DNA of 64,000 bases from assembly GCF_006345805.1 (NCBI RefSeq), contig NC_043000.1:6262001-6326000 (forward strand). Reading direction: 5' to 3'. The translations under genes were made by a program, and so were the position numbers. This document shows, piece by piece, positions 24,391 through 38,717 of the stretch. The stretch comes from Octopus sinensis. Taxonomy: Eukaryota. A model generated the notes under the pieces. It ran no database searches and was not told the origin of the DNA. It saw only the letters and a list, made by a program, of their open reading frames with translations. Position 1 is the stretch's first letter. Each line of letters opens with the position of its first letter.

Positions 24391-25977
24391 ATAATTATTA
24401 TTATTATTATTATTATTATTATTTACCATCATCATCATCATCACCATTATTCAGTAGTCTTATTCTTATTGCTTGCTTTTACTATGTTACTGAGTGCAGC
24501 TCTGTGTGCCTTGAGTGCAGCACTAATTTGATCAGAAAGTATGCATTCAGTATGTGCAGCATTGGGTATAACACTAAGTACATTGGCAAATATGATTCGT
24601 TAAAGAAATTCAGAATTGTTGCCACACCAAGCTGTCTCCACACAAAAGGAAAATTGTATACACTGTGGAGCTAAGTCAAGTTTAGATACACAGTGTTTTG
24701 TGTTTAGCAAACAAGAAACTTATACTGAAGACTTCTGGTCACCATTTCTCTGTTGAGATGTACTGACTTTGTTTCCACAAATTTTTAATATAGTGAAATC
24801 ATCATCATCATCATCATCATCGTTTAACGTCCACTTTCCATGCTGGCATGGGTTGGACGATTTGACTGAGGACTGGCGAACCAGATGGCTTCACCAGGTT
24901 CCAATCTTGATCTGGCAGAATTTCTACAGCTGGATGACCTTCCTAATGCCAACCACTCCAAGGATGTAGTGGGTGCTTTTATGTGTTACTGGCACGAGGG
25001 TCAGTCAGGCGGTACTGGCAACAGCCACACTCAAATGGTGTTTTTTATGTGCCACCTGCACAGGAGCCAGTCCAGCGGGACTGGCAACGGCCTTGCTCAA
25101 ATGTTTTTTCACGTGCCACTGGCACAAGTGCCAATAAGGCGACGCTGGTAACGATCACGCCTGAATGGTGCTTTGATCGTTACCAGCATCGCCTTACTGG
25201 CACATGAAAAAAATTATTTAGTAAAATAACTTTGTCCTTATTAAGCTGATGTTTGGAACATAAATACTGAAACTTTATAATTTAGATCACTTGAAGATAA
25301 GATTTGTTTCATCAAAGTGAGGGTGATTTCAGGTGGGTTGCTAGTTAAAGAATTAAGTGAAATAGAGTAATAATATATTATTTAACGTTCCAAAACAAAA
25401 AAAACATTGGTTTCAAATTTTAGCACAAGGCCAGCAATTTCGAGGGAGAGGGTAAGTTGATTATAGACCCCAGTGCTCAACTGGTACTTATTTTACCAAT
25501 CCCAAAAGAATGAAATGCAAAATTGACCTCAGTGGAATTTGAACTCGGAATGTAAAGAGGAACAAAATACTGCTAAGCATTTTGCCCAGGTGTGCTAACA
25601 ATTCTACCTATCTGCTGCCTTACTAAACAATATACATTGATATTCAAATTTGAAGTTTTGCTCTATATAATTTCCATTACTATTCTAAAATGTAGCTATA
25701 TTAATTAGGTGTGACAATTCAGAGTTAAAAACTGGGGTTGTAAAGACTAATTTGTAGTGCCATCTTCTACTTTTCAGAGAGTGTATGAAGCTTCTTCATA
25801 TGGGAATTGAAACAGAAGCACGAACTTAATTTACGACTAACTTGCTTTTACACCTCAAACAATCACATTTCTATACAAAAATAGCAACTTAGAAGTATTA
25901 ATTTGCAATCAATACTTCCACCATATAGTTTTTAGATGTTTCTATTTGTGACAGTTTGTAGCAATAATTCCCATTTG

Positions 25978-26027
<50 letters not shown>

Positions 26028-26508
26028 GGAAGTGTTATCATGTACATTGTTTTGTCTTGGTATAAAAGATGGGCTACAGCAAATATTCTGCTCAATACCA
26101 CAGATTTGCTTCTCAGTTGTTTGACCATAACCAGTTGAGCATGTCCCTTAGTGGCTGACGATATGGGCATCTCTGATCACGAGCAGAAGTAGTGGGGAGC
26201 ATCATAGCCATGTGTTGAGAGGAATATTGGGGGTGGGTGGATAATTCGCCTTTGAAACATGGGTGTTTCATTCAACATCCATAAACAACCCTTATTCAGG
26301 GACCTTTTAACCTGAAAAAAATTCTAACTGAGTCTCACCTGCAAGGTCATGTACTGTTTATCTTGGTATGACATCACCTTATTGCATACATATGGTTATG
26401 ATGCATGTGCCTGGTGTACCCTTATCAGACGGGTAATCATGATAGGTATACCAGGCTTCGAATATTTTACACCAGTGTCACTTTGATGGCATGCAATCTC
26501 TCTCACTC

Positions 26509-26542
<34 letters not shown>

Positions 26543-27103
26543 GTAATAATAATAATGATGCAGTACTAGACAGTGGATCTCATGGCTTCTGATCTTAACT
26601 GATTGGAAGTGTTATCATGTACATCGTTTTGTCTTGGTATAAAAGATGGGCTACAGCAAATATTCTGCTCAATACCACAGATTTGCTTGTCAGTTGTTTG
26701 ACCTTAACCAGTTGAGCATGTCCCTTAGTGGCTGACAATATGTGCATCTCTGACCACGAGCAGAAGTAGTGGGGGCATCATAGCCATGTGTTGAAAGGAA
26801 TTCTTGGAGGTCTGGATAATTTACCTTTGGAAACATGGGTGGTTCGTTCAACATCCTTAAACAATCTTTATTCAGGGACCTTTTGAGCGGGATGGGCTAC
26901 TCGAACAGATGAAAATTCTATCTGGGCCCCACCTGCAAGGTCATGTGCTGTTTATCTTGATATGAGATCACCCTGTTGCGCACATATGGTTGTGATGCAT
27001 GTGCTTGGTGTACCCTTATCAGACGGGTAGTCATGATGGGTATACTGGGCTTCGTATATTTTACCCCAGTGTCACTTTGATGGCATGCACTGCTCTCTCA
27101 GTC

Positions 27104-27136
<33 letters not shown>

Positions 27137-28742
27137 CAGCAGCAGCTTATAATGTGCAGAAAGAGACCTTGTGAGACCTCTGACAAAAGGTTGCTGTGTC
27201 CTCACAGAATCAACCAGAGTAAACATGACTAAGTGCCCTGAGAAGTAAAACAATAATAATACAATTACAATAACCAAGTGTCACCTTAGGCTACTGGTTG
27301 TAGGCAACTAACACTTTCCATCATATCCAGCAAAATAAGCTGAGGTTTTCATCAAATAATAATACTAGTAATAATAATAAATATGTGATGCATATACCTG
27401 GTGTACTCTTATCAGATGGGTACTCATGATGGGTATATCAGACTTCATATATTTGTACCCTAGTGTCACTTTCATGGCGTGCACTGCTCTCTTACTCAAT
27501 AATAATAATAATAATGATAATGGTAATTTATGTTTACTTTTTTATTTTTTTATTTTTTCCTTTTTCTCTCTGTCTTCACCTTTTTCTCCATCACATGAAA
27601 TTGTTAATGAACAATCTGGTGTGTTTTTTTAATGGTCTACAGTATGTTTCTCTACCCTAGGTGTCAGGAAGACACTCAGCAAGAAATGGAAGCAACTGAA
27701 AGATGATGCTAATGAAAATAATAATAATAATAATAATTAACTGATTGGAAGTGTTATTATGTACATTGTTTTGTTTTGGTATAAAAGATGGGCTACAGCA
27801 AATATTCTGCTCAATACCACAGATTTGCTTGTCAGTTGTTTGACCTTAACCAGTTGACCATCTCCCTTAGTGGCTGATGATAAGTGCATCTCTGATCATG
27901 AGAAGAAGCAGTGGGGGAGCATCATAGCCGTGTGTTAAAAGGAATTCTTAGAGATTTGGATAATTCACCTTTGGAAACATGGGTAGTTCGTTCAACATCC
28001 TTAAACAATCCTTATTCAGGGACCTTTTTAGCAGGATGGGTTACTCAACCAGAAGTAAATTCTAACTGGGCCCCACCTGAAAGGTCATGCGCTGTTTATC
28101 TTGATATGAGATCCCCATGTCGTGCACATATGGTTACGATGCATGTGCCTGGTATACCCTTATCAGATTCTGTCAGCTTGCCACCTTGATGATGATGACG
28201 ACGACAACAACAACAACAATGCAAAACCAGACAGTGGCTCTCATGGCTTCTGGTCTTAACTGATTGGAAGTCTTATCATGTACATGTATTTTCTTGTAGT
28301 AAAAGATGGGCTATAACAAATTTTCTGCTCAAACCCACAGATATGTTTGTCAGTTGAGCATGCTCCTGAATGGCTGATGAGATGTGCATCTCTGATCATG
28401 AGGGGGAGTAGTGGGGGGAACATCATAGCCATGTATTGAGAAGGATTCTTTGGGTTTTGGATAATTCACCACTGGATACATCTTTTGTTCTTCTTTAAGC
28501 AACCCTTATTCAGAGACCTTTTGAGCAGGATGTGATACTCAACCTAAAGAAAATTCTAACTGGGTCCCACCTGCAAGGTCATATGCTGTTTATCTCGATA
28601 TGAGGTCACCATGTTGTATACATATGGCTGTGGTGCATGTGCCAGGTGTACTGTTATCAGACATGTAGTCATGATGGGTATACTGAGCTTCGTATATTTG
28701 TATTCCAGTCTTACTTTGATGGCATGCACTACTCTCTCACTC
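26028..28742 (+). mobile_element. Cluster of five copies of a ~560-bp (TAA)n-associated retroposon (26028-26508, 26557-27103, 27383-27497, 27737-28167, 28218-28742)
   Basis: Same sequence and orientation, set in AAT-type microsatellite; four keep the 3' end ctctctcactc(AAT)n, and 5' ends are variably truncated. Confidence 0.88.
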
Positions 28743-31269
28743 AATAATAATAATAATAATAGCTATTTCTACTATAGGCATAAAGTCTGAAATTTTTGGG
28801 AAAGGGGCTAGTTGATAAAATTGATCCCAGTACTTGACTGGTACTTTTTTTATGAACCCCGAAAGAATTAAAGGCAAAGTTGACCCCAGGGAATTTGTAC
28901 AAAGAATACAAAGATGGATGTAATGGCAAATAATAATAATTTCTTTTATTTGCCAGCAGACGTAAAGGACCTTTCAAGAAGAAATTAGCAAAACTGGGAG
29001 GTTTGTGTAGAATTGATTGTGAAAAGAAAAAAAGCAGGCATGCTAAACAAAAGTTCCATGGAAGAAGATATCTCAGTAGGTGTATGTTGGTGGAGAGCCA
29101 TTTAGAACCAATCTAGAAACTCCACAGATTTAGGATTATCCTAACAACTTAGAGCAAGAAACCCATTCTGTGTTCTACTACATACAGTCATATGGTGAGA
29201 GGAAGCCCATCCGTGCAACCATTCTCACCACTTTCATCCACTTCCCAGAAAATTCCCTCACTTTCTTCTCTAACCGGACCTTGAAGAAGTTGATAAAAGC
29301 TTGGAAGAAAAAAAGAGTCGGTCTTCAAATAATACTGATAACATTAAGCTGTGGGAAAATAAAGTAAGAAATCTGTAAAATCTATATTTATCACCTAATA
29401 TCTATATTTAGCAGGAAATCACAATGAAAACCAATAATATGAGCAGGAAAAATGTTCACCCAATTTATGTAGATCAATAATAAAGGTTATTACTGGATGT
29501 ACTCTGCTCTTTCTAGGTCAGAATAACTTTACACTGGCCAGGACACAGGAGATATTGTTATGCAGTCACGAAATATAAGTATGAATAAGTCTATATGAAT
29601 TCATGAATACAATAAGTGTTTTCTATTATAGACTCAGTAGGTGGATTTGGTAGACAGAAACTGAAGACGGCAAGTTGGCAGAAATGTTAGAGCGCGGGGC
29701 AAAATGCTTAGAGGTATTTCGTCTGCTGCTATGTTCTGAGTTCAAATTCCGTCGAGGTCGACTTAGCCTTTCATCCTTTTGGGGTCGATTAAATAAGTAC
29801 CAGTTATGCAGTGGGGTCAATGTAATCAACTTAATTCCTTTGTCTGTCCTTGTTTGTCCCCTCTATGTTTAGCCTCTTGTGAGCAGTAAAGAAATAAGAA
29901 ACTGAAAGAAGCCCTTAATATGTACATCTATGTATGTGTGTGTGTGTGTGTATGTGTGTGTGTCTGGGTGAGTGTGTTTGTGTAGCATTGTGTGATTGTT
30001 GTAAATGAGTGTTACTGTTATACAAGCGGTGTCACTCTATTTTCAAACTTCCACTAAAACACATTTACCTACAGGTTAACCAATAGGTAAATGTGTTTTA
30101 TGCTATATTTACCTTGCCATAGCAAGATAAATATTACCTTGATATATTTATTAACCCACGCAAGAATGGAAAAGAAGACGTTAAAATAGCGATATTGATG
30201 ATGATGATGATGAGGAGGAGGAGGAGGAGGAGGAATAAGTTAAAAAAAGAACAGTAAAATAGATAAGAATTATATTAAGACAAGAATTGTCTCCATAAAA
30301 AAATGCAAAACTATATAAGTGAATTCATTTGGGAGTGAAATATCGATAATGAATGCAGAAGATGTAACTTAGATGTGTAGTGTTTGCTTATAATAAAAAC
30401 TCAGTTTAGGTGCAGGAAAGGCGGTCTGGCTAAGAAGATTGATTCACAACCAAATGGTTCCTGTTTCAAGCCTGCTTTATGACACTTAGGGCAAGTGCCT
30501 TTTGCCACAGCACCAAGCTGACTATTACCTTGTTAGTGGTGAGATTGCATGAGGTTGCATGCAACCTATATACTCTACTATTACTCATTCTGTACCCCCA
30601 GTTAGCACTCCCTCACCCCTGGGACACTTATCATTGATATCCTTAATTTGCTCTCACCATCCATTCACCTCTACATCTATCCATAACTCTACCACTTCAA
30701 ACCAGTCACTGTTTCTACCATCACAGTCTTCCTCCATTCACTCTCCCACCTGGATTTTTTCTGCTACCATCCACTGGATCTTTTATCTCCTTCTTCAGCC
30801 ACATGACTGAGTAAATGATTATATCACAAAGAAAAGAGATTTCTAATCTTATGGGGTACAAAGCACTATAAAATCCCACCAGGACATTCCATAATTTAAT
30901 TGGCAAATGTACAGAGATGTGGGTTCAACAGGACCCTCTGGTCATGCCAAGGACATGGCAACCTCTTTAGTGCTGGTGGCATGATAAAGTGTACCCAGTA
31001 CACAATATAAAGTGGAAGCTGTTATGAAGGGTATCCAGCCATAGAAACCAAGCCAAAAATGAAATGTATGAGAGAGGTGTGATCCTCTCACTCATCTAAG
31101 AAGGCAGTAGATCCAAATAAGAATTGACTCAGAAAGTAACGACCAATCCAACACATGCCAGTATGGTAATCACATAAAAATAACAACAATGATGTGATGT
31201 GTGTGTGTGCATATGTGCGTATGTGTATGTGTGTGTGTGTGTGTGTGCATATGTGTATGTGTGTGTGTA

Positions 31270-31304
<35 letters not shown>

Positions 31305-31335
31305 GTGTGTGTGTGTGTGAGTATATATATACATA

Positions 31336-31470
31336 TACTTTTTATTAAAGCTGCAAAATTATCACAGAACTGTTACACAGAATTTCACGTTCCCATTGTG
31401 ATGGAAATGAACAGAAACGTGAAACTCTGAGTAACAGCTCTGTGAAAATTTTGCAGCTTTAATAAAAAGT
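31336..31470. repeat. 135-bp hairpin (fold-back) element
   Basis: actttttattaaagctgcaaaatt...aattttgcagctttaataaaaagt, with internal arms tttcacgtt/aacgtgaaa. Confidence 0.85.
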
Positions 31471-31841
31471 TTATTACTCTACCTTTGGCATTCAATTACT
31501 ATTTTTTCACCTTGTTTTGCACTTGTGTGCTCACCTGTGTGTGTGTGTGTATACATATGCATGTAAAAGAAATTAAATGACAAGGTAAGAAGAAATCATG
31601 CAATGAACTTCATTAGCTCACAGCTGTTTCTGCTATAAGATGCAATGCACTCATAGATGAGTGCTCGTGTATCACCCTATAGCTTCATCTTGTTCCTTTG
31701 TCATTTATCCAGTCTTTTTTATTACACTTTGTACTTGACTAACACTTTTTCTGAAGTATATGTATATTGAGTTCAAACACTAGGTTAGTAACATTGCAAT
31801 GTCTAAGCAAAATATCAAAACATACATGTGTGTGCGTGTGC

Positions 31842-31886
<45 letters not shown>

Positions 31887-31887
<1 letters not shown>

Positions 31888-32397
31888 TGTAAATCCTCGA
31901 GTATAATCTGCACTTTTTCCCATAATTTAAAGGTCAAAATCCCTAGTGTGTACTATATACGAAGTTAAAAATGAACATTATTTTCTAAGCAATGTCTGAG
32001 TCTTTATATGCTGTCCGGCAATGTTTATTCAGACACATTTTGTGATGTCGGGCACGAAAATACCCTAAGCTAAGCTTGAAAGCAATGAAGTCATAAAAGA
32101 ATCATCCATAACTTGCAATAAGCAACATTTATTAAACGTTATTACTGTTATTTCTTTATTTTCTGCAAAGAAAATGCACAAAAAAGCTACATATTTGCAT
32201 TATGTTATATATACAATAATAATAAAGAACATTACCGTACACAGTTTTACAAACCAAGGACGTTATACAGACCTCCTTGACTCAAGTTAGAGAAGGAGTG
32301 CGTATTATACACAAGGTTTAGGTTTTTCAGAGGTGCAGCCCCCTAAAAATACCCTGTGTATTATACTCAAGGGTGGACTATACTCGAGGACTTACGG
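31887..32397. mobile_element. Non-autonomous Tc1/mariner-pogo-type DNA transposon (MITE)
   Basis: TIRs CTGTAAATCCTCGAGTATAATC and GACTATACTCGAGGACTTACGG, with TA on both sides. Confidence 0.85.
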
Positions 32398-32741
32398 TAT
32401 ATCATCATAATCATCATCATCATCATTTAACGTCCGCTTTCCATGCTAGCATGGGTTGGACGGTTCAACTGGGGTCTGGGGAGCCCGAAGGCTGCACCAG
32501 GCCAGTCAGATCTGGCAACTCTTTTACTCTTTTACTTGTTTCAGTCATTTGACTGCGGCCATGCTGGAGCACCGCCTTTAGTCGAACAAATCGACCCCGG
32601 GACTTATTCTTTGTAAGCCCAGTACTTATTCTATCAGTCTCTTTTGCCGAACCGCTAAGTGACGGGGACGTAAACACACCAGCATCGGTTGTCAAGCAAT
32701 GCTAGGGGGACAAACACAGACACACAAACACACACACATAT

Positions 32742-32785
<44 letters not shown>

Positions 32786-33954
32786 TACGACAGGCTTCTT
32801 TCAGTTTCCGTCTACCAAATCCACTCACAAGGCATTGGTCAGCTCGAGGCTATAGCAGAAGACACTTGCCCAAGATGCCACGCAGTGGGACTGAACCCGT
32901 AACTATGTTGTTGGTAAACAAGCTACTTACCACACAGCCACTCCTATATATATATATATACATATATATACATATATATATGTATATATATATATATATG
33001 TATATATATGTATGTATATATATATATAGATATATCTATATATATGTATATATATAGATATATATATGTAAATATACGTTTAAGCTATGAGTTTCTGTAC
33101 AGTTTCTCTTTCTACCAAATTCCATATACAAAGCTTTGGTTGGCTTCAGACTATCATAAAAGACACTTGCACAAAGTGCTGTGCATTGGGATGGAACCTA
33201 AAACTACAAGGTTACCAAGCAAACTCCTACTTAACCACACAAACATATTAGCAAACAATAATACTGAAACATTACCTAAAAATCTCCCATTACAGACCTT
33301 AACCAACAGTCCATGAAAAAGCTCTGGAACTGAGAAACAATCACTGAAGCATGACAAGCAGTGATATATATATACATATATATATATGTATATATTCAGT
33401 ATATCCATCACTTTTATCTTGAAGAGCTTCCCAAGCATCCACATGACAATATAACTTTCTAAAAGTTTAAAGATATGGTGGATAATAGATAGATCAATAA
33501 ACATGATGTTTCTTTCTCTTGGGGATTGATAATTATGGTCCCCATCTCAGTTTTCCATAAATAAATAAATATGTACTGGAAGCTTTTTACAACGAACTTT
33601 TTGCCAGCAAACTGCCATTACTATATTAACGGATGTTACTGTAAATAGAGAGAGATATCCAAAAATGTCAGGCCTGGTTGAAGTGGAAATGACAGAAGCC
33701 GTTAATAAATGCGCTGAATAATAAAAAGCAATGTGAAGAGGGCAACGAATGAATTGGCATTAACAGTTGATACAAATCAACAAGGAATTGGTGAAGCATG
33801 AAGGACGGGTGACAGTGAAAGATTAACAGTAAGAGGAAGGAGAGAGAGAACGATGGTAAATAATGATGATGATGATGATAATAATAATAATTGCTTTCAA
33901 ATTTTGGCATAGGGCCAGTAATTTTGGGGAGGGATAAGTTGATTAATAATAATG

Positions 33955-34022
<68 letters not shown>

Positions 34023-34026
<4 letters not shown>

Positions 34027-34580
34027 GCCCTGATGCAGTACCAGGCAGTGGCTCTCGTGGCTTCTGATCTTAACTGATTGGAAGTGTTATCATGTACATC
34101 GTTTTGTCTTGGTATAAAAGATGGGCTACAGCAAATATTCTGCTCAATACCACAGATTTGCTTGTCAGTTGTTTGACCTTAACCAGTTGAGCATGTCCCT
34201 TAGTGGCTGACGATATGTGCATCTCTGATCACGAGCAGAAGTAGTGGGGGAGCATCATAGCCATGTGTTGAGAGGGATTCTTTGGAGTTTGAATAACTCA
34301 CCTCTGGAAACATGGGTGGTTCTTTCAACATCCTTAAACAACCATTATTCAGGAACCTTTTGAGTGGGATGGGTTACTCGACCAGAAGAAAATTCTAACT
34401 GGGCCCCACCTGCAAGGTTATGCGCTGTTTATCTTGATATGAAATCACCATGTCGCGCACATATGGTTGTGTTGCATGTACCTGGTGTACCCTTATCAAA
34501 CGGGTAGTCATGATGGGTATACTGGGCTTCGTATATTTTACCCCAATGTCACATTGATGGCATGAACTGCTCTCTCACAC
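34023..34580 (+). mobile_element. Full-length ~560-bp (TAA)n-associated retroposon
   Basis: Runs aaatgccctgatgcagtacc...ctctctcacac with (AAT)n on both sides. Confidence 0.9.
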
Positions 34581-35732
34581 AATAATAATAATAATAATAA
34601 TGTGATATGTAAATCCTATTTTTGATTCCTAAAACAGAGTTTTATGGGGGTGGTTTTTGGAAAAAAATCTGAATGTTCTTTCTATATATATTCTGGTCTC
34701 TGCTGCTGAAGAGGAGATAACTGCTATGAAATGCATGTATCCAACAATTTGGTTAGGTGGCACTGTGGGCTGACTCACTGTATGTACATGAAATGTGTTG
34801 CATGCCCTTTTCTTTCATTTGTTCACTCACTCATGTGTATATACATGCCTGGAGTGATGTGAGGTCCGGAAGATGGGTTGCAATGGAATGCTGCTAGCTC
34901 CAATGTTATTAGAGTTGCACCTTTCTAGCCAGTTTGTCTAGCCTTGTCCTCTTCCCCTAGGGTCAGTCATTGATCCACCATTGGAGGCCTTAGTCTGGTG
35001 TGTTGAGGGACAAGGACAGCGCTCTTGTGCCCTTCTTTGAACAGATCTTGTTTTTAGTTCTGATGGGTGCCCTCACACCCTCCTCAAAGATCCAGCATTT
35101 TTTTCTTTTTTACAAAAGCCCAGCAGCAATGAGATACGAATTGTGGGAGCAGGTTTTGGTGAAACTAGAAGCTCCCAATCTGGACCTGCACATTAGTGGC
35201 AGATGTAAGATGATCACTTCCTAGGACCTGGTGATAACCTAGGGACTCGGTCCTACATCTGTGACTGGGCAGGCCTATTTGGGAACACCGCTGCTCACTC
35301 TAAATGCGGAAGGCCCTATATGTGTATGTATGTATTATAACAATAATCCTTGGATAGAATTTAGAAACGTTGAATGCATTGCCAAGCACATTTCCACAAA
35401 TCACATGTCTCTTAAGATCACAGCTCATATTCCTGGGATGATTACAAATGTTTATAAATTCCATCCATGGATTATCCTTATTATTACTATTATATTTATC
35501 CTACATTCTATTGGTACAGCTCGATGCAACCCCAAAAAACTGGTTCACCAGTCTGCACCATTAGACTGTGGTCAGCATAATAGAATAGAAGCTTTACTAG
35601 CATATTCAAAATGTTTCCCATTAACAAATTTAAAAGATATATATATATATATATTATCGCTATGGGCTCCGTGTGAGCAGTCATCTAAAAGTTTTTTGTG
35701 CATCTTGATGTTGACATAAGTTCCTTGCTTTT

Positions 35733-35807
35733 CCTGATGAGAAAGCAGCATAATATACTCCTAATTCCTTCGCAATTAGGAATATGCAGCCTTCGAAACA
35801 TATGTCG
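35733..35807 (+). ncRNA. Hammerhead-ribozyme-like motif with extended stem II
   Basis: CTGATGA (35734-35740), paired GAAAGCAGCATA/TATGCAGCCTTC enclosing TCCTAATT/AATTAGGA, then GAA-ACATATGT-C (palindromic stem III, GUC triplet); stem I is only 1 bp. Confidence 0.55.
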
Positions 35808-35964
35808 TTCAACTCCATTCTTTCATATATTTATATTTTTAAAAAAAACATACAAATTTCCACACGAAAGCACGTAACTTCAAACGTGTCTTCTCTGATG
35901 TGAATTTGCTACCCAGGTATCGGTTAACCGAATTATCCATAACAAGATAATTCATTCTACTACT

Positions 35965-36004
<40 letters not shown>

Positions 36005-36819
36005 TACACATGCTGCTGCTGCTTTCAATAGTTTCTAGTGTATGAGGGTCACTCATCCTTCTCTTCACACAAACTGTTTATTCTTGAGACGGATCATCTA
36101 AAAACTGGATGGTTTTCACTGCAAGTCAACAAGTTAAAATTATCTAAAGGAGCAATGGATTGCATGTCGGACATTATTGTCACAAGGAGTGAAATATGAT
36201 TAATTCATAGCTTTAAGATTTATTGATAATCAATGTGAGAATATTGCAAAACAAGTAAATGTTTGTTGAATAATTAAAAAATGAAAAAGATTAATTAATA
36301 CTAAAATGTGTAAACTTAGATTAAAAAAACAGATTAATATTTCAATTTGCAAATTTTCAGGGGGATAAAAATGCAATTTATAAAGCAAGGATGAAATTTT
36401 ATAGCAGATATGATAGAATTAGGAATGAAAACAGCTGCAACAGTCTCATGTTTAAATATTGAGCTAAATGTTATTTTTCATGGCCATTCTGCAGCTCATG
36501 ATAGGTCAATTTATTTGAAATTATACAATGTTGTGTGCACAAATACACACAAGTACACACACACACACACAAATAAATAAATAAATAAATACAAATATAA
36601 TCCCCACATCTACCAGCTAGATAAACAAGCAGTATACAGGGGCATATATACTCTGTAGAGTGGTTGGCATTAGGAAGGGCATCCACCAGTTGCAACCAAA
36701 CCAAAACAGACTATGGAACCTGGTGTGATCCTTGGCCTTGCCAATTCCTGCCAAGCCATCCAACCCATACCAGCATGGAAAACAGACATTAAACAATTAT
36801 TATTATTATTATTATTATT

Positions 36820-36859
<40 letters not shown>

Positions 36860-37569
36860 GGTACTCTAAAATCTTTTGGTGAACAAATGAATCTTTCGTT
36901 TGTGTACCTGGAGATTACTTCAAAGATCCAAGGTCTTTCCATGAAGATCAAATTAACTCTCTAAACTCAGACAGTGCAAGATTCATTTGCAATTATTTGT
37001 GTTTCTTGCCTTCCATTCTGCCAAAAGCTAATCTTGCAAGCAAAGATGCGAAAACGGTAATGGCAGTTTGTTTCATTAATGCACTAACAAGTGAAAAATG
37101 AAGACAATAGAATTATTTCTTTGCTGGCTGAATTACACTGCAATATACTACAGAGGACATAGTTGAGATTTATTGAATAACATAAGAGGATTTGCAGAAA
37201 CACTATAGATAATCATTATTACTTTCATAACTTGTAATGTCAGAAAGTATGGAGATAATTCTAAGCTGCTTGCGGATTTGTGTTGTTAGCAGCGATCCCC
37301 AGCAGACTCATAACAGTTTCCAGCTCTTTTGTGAGTTAATAATGGGCGTAAAGAATAACAAACACAGTTTTACCGCTCTAACAATGAATGAGTCATTATA
37401 TCATTACGAGAAATCTGATTTCACTGAGATATCAAAGAAAAGAAGCGCAAAAATCCATACAGCATTGATAAAGAAGTATTGGGAATAGCCACAAGGAAAG
37501 AAACACACTGCATTAAACACAATCTGATAAGCAAATGGAAGATGCTATATCTTTATATAAATATATAAG

Positions 37570-37616
<47 letters not shown>

Positions 37617-37759
37617 TTCATATGTATTAAAGAAAAGAGCAGGAATGTATGTATTTATAAATGTGTGTGTGTGTGTATATATATATGAGTGTGTGCATGC
37701 ACACATGTCTATCTCTATATATATGTGTGTGTATGTGTATGAGCGTCTGTATCTGTTTT

Positions 37760-37901
37760 TGTATGTATGCATGTATATTTGTATGTATGTATGCATGTAT
37801 ATATGTATATATGTATGTATGCATGTATATTTGTATGTATGTATGTATGCATAAATGTATATATGTATGTATGTATATATGTATGCATGTATATATGTAT
37901 G

Positions 37902-37935
<34 letters not shown>

Positions 37936-37980
37936 TGTATGTATGTATGTATGTATGCATGCATGCATGCATGTATGTAT
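37760..37980. repeat. (TATG)n-rich compound microsatellite
   Basis: Direct reading; source of several spurious ORFs. Confidence 0.95.
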
Positions 37981-38686
37981 AAATTAAAGGTAAAAAGAAG
38001 CAGGTAAAAAGGTAAAAACTGTAGACGTGCCAGGGGAATGAACAATATTAACAATTTGAGAATAACTATGAAAAAAATAATATCAGATCAAGAAAGAGGA
38101 AAGAAGTAATCATTATGATGCCTGCAAGGCAATTAGAAGAGACTTTATAGTGATGCCAAAAAAAAAAAAAAAGAAAAGAAAAGAAAAACATATTGTGAAA
38201 CCTAATTAGCTGAGTACAGATAGAAAATGCATGAAATAATAAACATTGCAGAGTATATAAAAGGAAAATAAATAAATAAGCAAATGCATTGAGATGGAAA
38301 AACCAAAAAGAAAGTAATGTCAAGTTTTGCCACCATTGAGAGTACAAAAAATTTGGAAGTAAACTGTAGGGGAGATAATTCAGGATTGGAGGGGAAATAT
38401 GAGAGAATTAAGTTAAAGCATCTCTGAAATTTTTCCCTAGCGAATGGTATACACTTGTATACTCTTTTATTTGTTTCAGTCATTTGACTGTGGCCATGCT
38501 GGAGCACTGCCTTTAGTCGAGAAAATCGACCCCAGGACTTATTCTTTGGAAGCCTAGTACTTATTATATCGGTCTCTTTTGCCGAACCGCTGAGTTACGG
38601 GGACATAAACGCACTAGCATCGGTTGTCAAGTGATGTTGGGGGGACAAACACAGACACACAAACATACACACATTATATATATATA

Positions 38687-38717
<31 letters not shown>

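Noticed and set aside
24480-24720. Open minus-strand frames (NFPFVWRQLGVATILNFFNESY...)
   Set aside because: Could be a transposon relic, but I cannot assign a family or splice sites reliably.
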